DNA of 64,000 bases from contig NC_087246.1 in NCBI RefSeq assembly GCF_037042905.1, positions 16,554,001 through 16,618,000 of the forward strand, given 5' to 3'. The DNA is from Lytechinus pictus. Its lineage: Eukaryota. The translations under genes and the position numbers were made by a program. Below are positions 53,719 through 64,000 of this stretch, in pieces. Within the stretch, counting starts at the first letter, position 1, and every line of letters starts with the position of its first letter. The notes below the pieces were generated by a model. The model saw only the letters and a program-made list of their open reading frames with translations. It ran no database searches and had not been told where the DNA came from.

Positions 53719-56700
53719 TTTTTTTTTATTGGAATTATTTTGAGATCTTTGTATTCTGCTAAAGACACCGTCCATTTCCAACATGTGAATTATTTTTTTT
53801 AAAGAAATCTTGTACGTAGTATTATTTCACGAACTAAAAGGAAATATAAGTACTAAAGTGACGTCAGGTTCTGAAAACAGGTTGTATATGGAGGGGACAC
53901 CTTGTGGACCACTGAGCTCATGGTTTTAATCAGCTCGTTATTCATACGCCTACAAAACAGCTGCACTAGAAAATCACGTATAGTAAAAATGATTTATGCA
54001 ACTCGGTTTATCATGTTTAGTATGTTATGAACTCATCAGATATTGTTATAATAAGAAAAAAAAAACAATGCTTAATTTCTTATATTTACTTTTCAGAAGT
54101 TGTTTGATTTAAAGAAAGTATCAAACTGTCTTTCTTTAAATTCATAAGTACATGTAGAGAACAATAATTGCTTCATTATGTTTTTACTATGTTAGTAAGT
54201 CAGAAGTAGATAACTGCATACAAAATCAGTCCTATATTTATTCTATGTCATAAGCATGCATGCACTTACAGAACCGTCCATCAAACAGTCCTCAAATGCG
54301 TACTTATTTCTTTAATAAATGGTCTTCATAGTCCAAAAAAGTTTAGCAACAATTTACAAATTTTGGGGTATACATATATATTCACATTCATTTCTGTTGG
54401 CAAAAACGAAAGTGAGTAAAATATTTCGTGGGTAAATTCTTGCGCAGTAAAATTTACGCAACATCAAATGTTATTTTATCAAACAAAAATACACGCTCCC
54501 ATTCAGACAATATCGGATAAACATGTTTTCATAGTCCCAAACTACCATACTGACTGAAGGTTTACCTGGACGCTGGAAAGGGTAACTTCATATCAGAAGT
54601 AGATAACTGCATACCAAATCAGTCCTAGTACTATTAATGTCTTATGTCATATTAAGCATGCACTTTTAGAATCGTCTATAGCAGGGAGAATACTGAAACA
54701 AAACAAATGAATATTGTTCCTAATAATAATAATAATAACAATAATAATTAAAACATTACCACGGCGTTCGCTTGCCCAGAAAGAATGATCTTTTGGCATA
54801 TCTGGAGTAGTATTGTTCACCAAGCTATATACTGTTTCGGAATATACGATGGTGTGTCCAGTTTAACATTAAAATGCAAGTACAAAATATCAATTGAATC
54901 GATATTTTCACCCAAAGTTTGGACTAGATTTTACCATATTTTTGAGAACGTTTAGAAAGAGAATTTAGATAGATTGTCTTAATTCCGTGCGAGGGCGAGC
55001 ACTGCTGCACCATTACTTACATTATACAATTTTATTTGATATAATTTTTAATGGAAATATTTGAATAGGAGGGCTGGGCGAGTGGGGGAAGAGAAGTATG
55101 GTTGTTTTAATCTTTACTTATTTGATAAAAAATATTGACTTGTATAAAGCTCCATCTTCTGTAAAGATAATTATTGTTCACTGTATTTGTTTTCTGAATT
55201 ATACATTTTTTTCTGGAATAATAGTATAAGATATATTATGTACATTTTACAAACAATCAACTTAAATCGAATAAACGATAATAGATGGACATTAACCGGA
55301 ATTCTTCCTTTTTACCACTTTTTTAACTTAGTGGTTCTTGTCTTAAATGGAACTATATCGAAGAAAATCTTGTTGTTTTATAGACTGGAACCTGTGAGTA
55401 GATTTTTAGAGTGGTTTTAGTTGAATGCGATATGAGTTCTTGCTTTTATTTATTTAACTGTGTCCATCCGTATAAAAAGATTACTATGCTGCCTCATGAA
55501 CATATCATGTTTAAAAAATATGACGTATTATACACAATTTATCTTTGTGTGGGGAGGTATTATGTTATTTATCATTGGTTCTTGATTGTACATTGATTGA
55601 ATGGAATATTAAAATACTGATTAAAAAAAATATATATTGTTTTCAATAAAGTTCATTATGATGTCAACACTTGACCCATGTTCCTTGTGCTATTGAATGC
55701 TAGACTTGCAATTGGCATATATTATCTACCAACATGACCGGCATGTTGCGTTGTCCTCCATACTAGTGACGACATTATCATGATTATAATAATGTCAGTT
55801 TATTTTAGTTGGTCTGTCAGTATGACAGATCACTTCTTATGTTCTTTATGATATACATCTTTTTCATTCTCAATATTTGTGCATACCATCACACCATATA
55901 CGGCTAATCGGGTATTCATGTGGCCATATTTCGGGCCATGTTAAGGCGAATCCTACCAAATTCAAATTTGGTATGTGGATGTTTTTCATATCCTCTTCAG
56001 TGATAAAAACATATATGTACACACACACAAGCACCCACCCTTACACACACACACACACACATATACATACATAATATATATAGATACATACATTATATTA
56101 TGTATAAAAAACGATGCAAATGTGACACCATCACTTCGGTACTGCATTGTTATTAATCGCCTAGTCACAATCATGACAATAGTATATCAGTCTACACCAA
56201 AGATTACCCTCAGCGGAAAGTTTTTTGTTTTGTGCTTTATGATACACACACACACACCTTCCCCACGTACGTTTCGTTTGGGACTCAGTTTATCTTCCTC
56301 TATGTATGACTAATAATCAATGAATAATTAATGCACATTACTAACAAAATAAAGTATTTCGTCGAATGTTACTAATAAATAGATCAATATAAAAAATTCA
56401 ATTCAAACGTATAAAATTAATAAATAAACAAATTAATTAATTAATTAATAACAAATATATTTTAGTATGCTTAAGGATGACGAGAAAAACGTGTTTTTTA
56501 CTTCCACTTTAGTAATAAATAAACCTATGAAACATTAAACAAAAAAATCTTATGAGGCAAAGGCGTTGAGTTAATTGATCATAAATTAAATTGTTGACAA
56601 CTCGCATGTGAAACCAAAAAGTATCTCAGTTCTTAATCCAATGTTATCCAGTATAAGTACTTCACAAAATGATACAAAAGCAAGAGGATCATAAAATTGT

Positions 56701-57473
56701 ATCATGATATATTATTTTAAATGGTTTTCTCTTTGATATAAAACCTATTCCAAAGCGTGGACTGTGATGTAAATTTCATGATAGCTTCTTGACATCCATT
56801 CCCTAAATTTAGACAGATGCTCAAAGAGCCCTCTTATACTAGGAAAATAACAATATCACGGAAAGAGGGCACTCGATATTTTATGTTTTCTTTCACAGAA
56901 AATCGGTGGTTGTTACCAAAGCTAAAGAATACTCTAAAGGGGTACTTCATACTGAGCAAATCGCTTTAAATTCCTTTAAATTCCATTTAAATCTGTTGAA
57001 AAATAACGAAAACACAGAACTTCAAATTTTAGCCATATTTTGTGAAAGCAGTTACTAGTATGCACGGCGCCATGAATGTAAAACAGGTTTTGCTGATCAT
57101 CATGTCCCTGCTTTCCCTTTTCTTAAGTTATCAGATGAAATCAAAATATTTTCATAATCATTTTCTTACATGCGTTATGATTATTTTTCCCTTGCATCAA
57201 AGTTCCAGCAATATTCGAACACAAGAAATCAGTTTGTAATCCTCTTTTTCTTTTCATTCTCGGATCGGAGGACAAAATGTGAAGAAATATAATATAATAT
57301 GATAAAATTCAAAAGCATAAGTGGAGATAAGACATCAGCCAGCTCACTGCATATTAATTTCTGCTTTCCCACCTTCTCAAGTCTGGTGAAAAATGACGCC
57401 ATTGTTACCAATGCGTTGCCAACCTTAAAATACCTTGGTCCGTGATAATACTAAATTGCAGCGTCACTATAGT

Positions 57474-57596
57474 GTTACAAGCCATAGTTGTAAGCTACCA
57501 GTCTAATGGGTAAACATCCAATGAAAACTGGTTCGCACAATTATCTCTTTTTTCCCTTCTCGTGTCAGCAATCGAGCGAAGAGCAGCCGTGGCAAC
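57474..57596 (+). promoter_or_regulatory. LC8-D promoter module + X-box-like site
   Basis: GTTACAAGCCA-ta-GTTGTAAGCTA, 20 nt (containing GTAAACA), CCAAT at 57518, GCAGCCGTGGCAAC at 57583; putative donor GTAAGC at 57787. Confidence 0.72.
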
Positions 57597-58325
57597 AACA
57601 GAGAAAACGCTTTTCAATAATATACCCAGCTTTCTATCATTATAGATCGCCTTTTCATTTAGGTGGAAAAACCGGGAATCGACAGGTTCAAAAATATAAT
57701 TCGCATTGTCTTTAATATCCATTGCCAGTGAATCCGTCTTTGAGTCTCCTCTCGTCATTATTGAGTTTTACGACTAAATTTCTTGGGTAAGCATATTTAT
57801 AATTATTTTTCTTTAATTATTAATAAGACGTAGGCCTTTTATTTCCTATTTAGATGTAGGTCTTATACTAGTTGCCTACACGTATTTTGTGTACGTAATT
57901 GTATTTACAAAATGATCCACAACTAAAGAAAGAAGACAAGAGACTAGAGAAAATGGTAAATAATGGTATTGTTAAGACGGGTGTTATGTTAAAATTTGTC
58001 AGAAAATTTAGCTTTTATTTATAAAATGTCATTTCCCTCAAACTGTTTCACCCACTATATACGCCACATAGTACAGATGTATTTTTTACACGCTATTCTC
58101 AAAGACTGCTGTTATATAGAAGGGGCACTGAACTTTATTTTTGCACATTCTCGCTTAGAAATGCAAGGGGTTTGAAAACAAATTTAACATACCAACAGTA
58201 ACAGGGTATTTTTTAATCTTCAACTTCACTTTCCCTCACTCTCAAACAGGAGACAAAAAGGGGGAATTAGATACCGCAGAATAGTCATATACTACTTGTA
58301 TTTACGAATTGAGATATTACGAATT

Positions 58326-59120
58326 GGGGCGTCATGGTCTCGTGGCTATAACTCTCTTCTTTCAATCTGAGGGATGTGGGTTCGAGCCCAAGCTATGTGC
58401 TGCACTCCGGGGGGGGGGCACTCAGTATATATGCACAGTGGGTATGTGCCGCGGAGGGGACCCCCATTTTTACACTCAAATTTCCGTTCCGAGGCATAGC
58501 ATTTTTGTCTTATTGAGAAAAAGAACAAAGGAAGCCGCTCCAGAGCATTGCATTTTCTTCTTCTCGAGAAAAAAAGAAGAAAAAAATCCGCTCCAGGGCT
58601 TCGCATATTTTCCGTTACGCCGTTCCGGTCGCAATTTTGGTGAAAAGCGGCCGCAGCTCGCTGTCCGACCATCGCCTCTGCGCTAGCGCGCCCGTCAGTC
58701 GTGCCGCCGGGCTAGCTGAATGTACGTTCCATAGGGATGCATACGCACTCGCACGCAGGCCACCCGTTCCAAGGACCCCCGTTTTCACAAACATTTGTAG
58801 TTCCGAAGCCCGTTCCGAGGACCCTCCTTTGTACATTTAGCCCGCTCCAAGGCCCCCGTTTTTTGTCTCGCCCGCGGCACACCCCTACCACTTTTTTGGT
58901 CGAGTGCCCCCCCCCCCCCCCAACCGGGGCTGCACTCAATCCAGGTGTCGGTGAATGGGTACCTGATATAGGAATTTATTTCTGTAAACGCAGCGCGCGT
59001 AACATCTACTCTGCTAAAGCCAGGGTAATTATGCTGCATTATTATAAAACGCAGAGACTTCTTATACAAGTAAGCGTTAAACGCTAGCTATATAAGCAAG
59101 TATAATAATAATTATTATTA
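58326..59120 (+). mobile_element. tRNA-derived SINE interrupted by a MITE
   Basis: A box GTCATGGTCTCGTGG and B box GGGTTCGAGCCC; the body resumes at 58929 (GCTGCACTCAATCCAGGTG..GAATGGGTACC) and ends in an AT-rich tail. Confidence 0.75.
58407..58928 (-). mobile_element. CCGGG-terminal MITE, reverse copy of 30644-31185
   Basis: High similarity to 30644-31185 (shared pseudo-ORFs in the track); TSD GCTGCACT. Confidence 0.92.
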
Positions 59121-59800
59121 TGGGAAAAATGGGATGTGTGCCCATTCGATTGCGCCAAATTTTTTCGAGATTTGCTCACGTAGCAAAGTTAGAGTCTGTC
59201 TAAAAGTGTGTTATTAAAGGAGAATGACACCATTGCTTTGTGAAGCAGAATCATCAAAGAACGAGATCAACGAAAGTTTGAGAACGAGTTTGAATACGAA
59301 TGTCCAGATCACTAATGTATTGGACATCCCCTAATAATTGGCATTGCGACTAAGAAGTTTGAAGTCACACTTGCCATTTCTTTTGTATATATAAACTTTA
59401 CTTAAATCTCACTTTTATCAAGACTACTAAGTACTATTCGTAAATCAGGGGGGGGGGGGTGGGACGACATTTTGATAGAGGCTCGCTAAATATGTCGGTT
59501 TGTTCTATGGCCAAAAATCATGGTTTGTGCCTTTGACAGTCATGTTTGTGGTATATTGTAGGTGTACAAATGCCCACGATCAATTAGGCAAAGCAAATTT
59601 TCGGAATATTTCATTTCAATGTCTATTTCGAACAATAAAATATGGATTTGGATTTGGATTTCATTTCATATTTATATCCTACACGTTACTCCTCGTACCG
59701 TAAACCCGTAAACGATCTAGTATAGTAGTACACAAAACATTTAGAAACCACGGCCCAGAGAACGATTTGCCCAATCATATTAAACTCAATATACCGTATG

Positions 59801-60334
59801 CAGTGGCGTAACCACGTGCCCCCCCCCCAAGAAACTTAGTGGGGAAGATGAAAGTATTGGATATTTTATTATATATATTATACTATATTACATCAGATTT
59901 TTTTCATAATTTTATGAAACATTGCTTAGGGCCTATGTGTTCATCATTCCCGGTGTTCGCATTGTCTGTTCAGTGAGATATATAACCATGTTGTACTACA
60001 AAACATCCCGTTTTCACGTCAATATACACCAAATATATATCCTCGCACTTCGAGTTATTATTGATTTTTGTCGTGACATATGCTTCTTTTTTAAGATTAC
60101 TATAAGTGATTGCCCCTTTTAAGGTCTGAATATAAAACATTTCATAAAACAATTCAGCTCGCGCTTCGCGCTCGCATCATGAGATACATATCCGTTTAAT
60201 GGCACAGTCCTTAAAATGTCTCTATTAGGTCAGCATACCTGGCAATTGAGCGCACTTCGCACGCCCAATAAGGGACTCAAATTTTTTGCTAGTGCCCCCC
60301 CCCCCTCAATGCTGTGACCCACGGTACGCCACTG
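59801..60334. mobile_element. hAT-like MITE in the LC8-D intron
   Basis: CAGTGGCGTA / TACGCCACTG; TSD ACCGTATG. Confidence 0.88.
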
Positions 60335-60785
60335 ACCGTATGTTTGTGTTTTTTTCTTTTAAAGCTTCGTTAAAAAAAATATCATTATCTCTTACCTGCA
60401 TTCGCACCCACTAGCACACTTCATTTTTTTCAATTTTTACTTTTTTCCCCTTTCTTTGATGATTTGTGGGATCACAATCTTTCTTAACAAATATTTTTTT
60501 TTTTTTGGGGGGGGGTTCCATGTAGCCCATCCCTCTTTGGTTGCTATGTTTCAATCATTTTTTGCTCACCTATTTTGCCGCTGGATGTTTTCTGTTCATT
60601 TGAGCTTACTATTATTGTAGTATGTTTATATTCTGCTATTATAAGATTGTCACATGGTTATAATGTACTTTGTCTGTCATGTTATTATGTCCATGCGTTG
60701 TAAAATTATTTTGTTTATTCAATAAATGCAGAAAATCCCGAACATGTTATCAATTTATTTCAAAATTAATAGATAACCTGCCACC

Positions 60786-61055
60786 ATGACTGACCGTAAG
60801 GCTGTCGTCAAGAATGCTGATATGTCAGAAGACATGCAGCAAGACGCCATCGAGTGCGCCACCCAAGCCATGGAGAAATTCAACATCGAGAAGGACATCG
60901 CTGCCTACATCAAGAAAGAGTTCGACAAGAAGTACAACCCGACCTGGCATTGCATTGTGGGTCGCAACTTCGGCAGCTACGTAACGCACGAGACCAAGCA
61001 TTTCATCTACTTCTATATGGGGCAGGTGGCCATCTTGCTTTTCAAATCAGGATGA
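60786..61055 (+). CDS. DYNLL: Dynein light chain LC8-type, paralog D (89 aa, Tyr41)
   Basis: Canonical LC8 sequence; Kozak GCCACCATG; acceptor taatag at 60772. Confidence 0.98.
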   Translation: MTDRKAVVKNADMSEDMQQDAIECATQAMEKFNIEKDIAAYIKKEFDKKYNPTWHCIVGRNFGSYVTHETKHFIYFYMGQVAILLFKSG

Positions 61056-63665
61056 TTTCCTTCACCCATATTAGTGTCCTAGGACTGTAGGATTGTCTTT
61101 CAGAGGGGCCTTATTTAACGTTAACCTTTGTAGACTTTTGAATCGCAAAGTTATCAACTCGTGACTGTGAACTCAGTAATTCGTTGTTATTCATAATGGG
61201 TATTTCCATAAGGAACCCACTTTGTGACATGCTTATTTTTACCCTAAAATCAGTAAATCATCTTTTTGTTGAAAATTACTACTAGGAATGGTCTTATTGA
61301 GAAAGTCCCTTCTAAATGGGAATATAGTCAGAAATAAAATCAGAGCAGAAAAGCAGTCACCATACTGGTTTGTATAATAGGGCGCAATTGTGTTTTTCGT
61401 TTAAAGGTGGACACCAAGATGCCAAATTCACTTTTGAGCACCCCAGAACAAGTTAAATATAATATTTAAGTTGATTTCAGAGAGAGTGGTCATAATGCAA
61501 GTCAGTAATCCATTCAGCTAATCAACAATACTTTTTTTAGATTCTAATGTAATGCTGGAAAACTAATTTTTCACAGTCTCACATGTAAGTGCGCCAAAAT
61601 GATTATTCGTCTATTCTCCATTTTTTTTCAAAGTGTGCTTTGAAGTAGTCATTATTTATCAATGTATGTAAAGATCGCACAAATAGGATGAAATTATGTC
61701 GAATTTGTAGCAAATAACATTAAGATTAGAAAATTAAAGTATTGACATATCGTCACAATGTAATATTTTGGGAGACATCAACGTTATCTGTTGAAGATAA
61801 TAATAGCCATATTTTCATAATGTTCTATAAACTATAGCCCCTCCCTTTGGAAGGGTAAATGTGGATTCTACAATCAAAAGTTAGTGTTTCCTATATGTAT
61901 CTCATTTTGAAGACACCAAATCTTACACGGTGAACACATTTTTGAGATTCTCTAATGCCTCCTGACAATCATTTCTTGAATAATTTCAGGTTACAATTAT
62001 TTTCAAAATCAATTTGTTGTCTATTATTTCTTTCCATGTTTCAAAAAAGATTAAATGACACTTGTTTGAATTTTACACTATAATTTCATAATGTGCAGTC
62101 GCTTTTATTCCAGGTAAAAAAAATAGTACAGTCAAACACACATTTTCCTTCTATGGAACCATGTGTTTTAATCAGCAACACGGTAAACATGTCGAAATTA
62201 CTATTTCTTCATCGGCAAATCAGAAAATTTTGATTTTTTTACACATATTTTTGTTTTTCTACATTTCAATATATCACAGGTGCATAGGTCCCCAATAAGT
62301 TATTTTCAAATTGAATACTCCATGCAACAATCTGAAATTGGAAGAAAAAAAAAATATATATATATATACATACCGAAATGTGGCTTCAGGATGGTCATAT
62401 ATACACAAGGCAAATCTAAGCATTCCATCATCTGTATTGTTATTATATTTAATATTATCATTATGCCGATATCTCTCGGTGAATAATTAGGTGATTAAAA
62501 AAAATATTATATACTATGGAAATATATCCGACTTAGTTTTATCTCTGATGAGAAATAGAAGGATATGAAGAGATGTGCATTTGACTTCATTTTTTTCACT
62601 CATAATTGTATATAATAAGCGCCACTTATTTAAATTAGTCGCATATCCAGATGAGTTTATCACACTGTATTTAGTATAAAAAAAGATAGTGTCAGTACTA
62701 TGTAGAAACAATTAACATGTAGAATCAGTCGCTATATAGCATGCGTTTTTACAGTATGTTTTGTAGTACACTTCAGAAAAAAATATTAAGTTGATTAACC
62801 AATGAACCTATATAAGAACTGTTGGGTAAAATAAAATTGTATGTGAAATGTAAAACGAATGGAGATTTCTTTACCACCAGATATGTTCATATGTTAACCA
62901 ACCTGGAAAGTCGGTTAAAACACTATGCAAGTGTACGCAAAATAAGATTTAACATGTTTAAGAAATGTTATAGATGTGTTAGCTAAAAACTGCACTTTGT
63001 ATAATAAAATCTGTATACTATTGACATTTAATAATGAGTAATAAATAAAATAACGAAATATTCCATCTCGATTTTTTCCTTGTCAATTCTGTTCGCATAG
63101 ACGTCGATACAAAATTATAAAATTTATTCCTTAAGAATGTTAAAAGGCAAACGTGGCAAATAACACTCTTTGGTTTTAGCGGATTTTTTAGGTCTAACTT
63201 AACAATAATCAAAATCATGGGCCAATTCTATTGTAAATAGGTATTTAAATCTTGTCAATTTTATATTTCAATGCTATTTGAATTAGCTTTCCATACACCC
63301 AATTCACCTACTAATTAATAATAGTAATAATCACAGCATTAAAGGCGCTTAATACAGATATTTCTAAATGGTCAATTTTCTGACTATCAATTAACATGAT
63401 TAAAGTGTAATAAAAATTATTACATTACCAATTTTAAGATTCGGGAGAAATAGAAACAAAAAAGATGCCCATGCACGTCCATGTAGACCACCCCAAAACT
63501 GATATACAGAGTTGGCTAATCTAAACATTAAAAAATTCTTTATTTGATGAAGGGAACTTGCATTATGAATGTATGTTGATAATTTATTCCATTGGATGGG
63601 GCAGATACAAAAGAGCTGAATAATTTGAAGGCCAAGAGTGAGGATGATTTATTATATGAAGAGCT

Positions 63666-64000
63666 CACTTGCAAAAGGGGTTAGGTCCATTTTTCATCAA
63701 ATTTGATTTTTTGGTCTCAATGTATAGATTTTTAGTAGCTCTATATGATGTTACCAAAGAAAAGTTGAAATTCCTATTTAAAAGTGATCAAAAATGGCAA
63801 AGAAAAGTTACTTTTTTTCAAAAGGGGTTAGGTCCATTTCAGTTAAGTTGCAAAAGGGATTAGGTCCAAACCGAATTTTTTTTGGAAAATAATATTTTAA
63901 AAAATATGAATAAAGGTAGATCTCTTTTATACCCAATTTTATGTTATCATGGTAGGGAATCTTGAAAATTTAGTTTCGCATAAGAATATGCTATAAAGGA
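63666..64000. repeat. Probable transposon end with repeated AAAAGGG(G/A)TTAGGTCCA motif
   Basis: Three copies at about 63673, 63820 and 63852; the other end lies outside the window. Confidence 0.45.

Overview
AT-rich, repeat-dense eukaryotic genomic DNA with three N gaps. It is probably an invertebrate, and the repeat style suggests a sea urchin (inference). Two tandem + strand gene arrays are present. (1) Three MIF-family (macrophage migration inhibitory factor/tautomerase) genes that the ORF track misses because they are spliced: a last exon only at 149-218, and complete 3-exon, 117-aa genes at 4376-9175 and 12301-17298. (2) Four 89-aa LC8 dynein light chain (DYNLL) paralogs with uninterrupted CDSs at 28108, 42972, 53449 and 60786, each apparently preceded by a 5'-UTR intron. 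The most notable unannotated signal is a cis-module found five times, upstream of every LC8 first exon although the flanks are otherwise largely unrelated. It consists of two direct GTTAYAAGCTA-like units at an exact 13-bp period, followed 19-21 bp later by a CCAAT box, with RFX X-box-like sites nearby. The LC8 paralogs differ at residue 41 (H/F/H/Y) and show signs of gene conversion. The rest is a dense set of non-autonomous DNA transposons, many with verifiable TIRs and TSDs. These include a 5.3-kb composite foldback with 1.4-kb inverted arms, a Sola2-like element, an Academ-like XPG remnant, a split CR1/L2 LINE remnant, tRNA-derived SINEs and mini/microsatellites.
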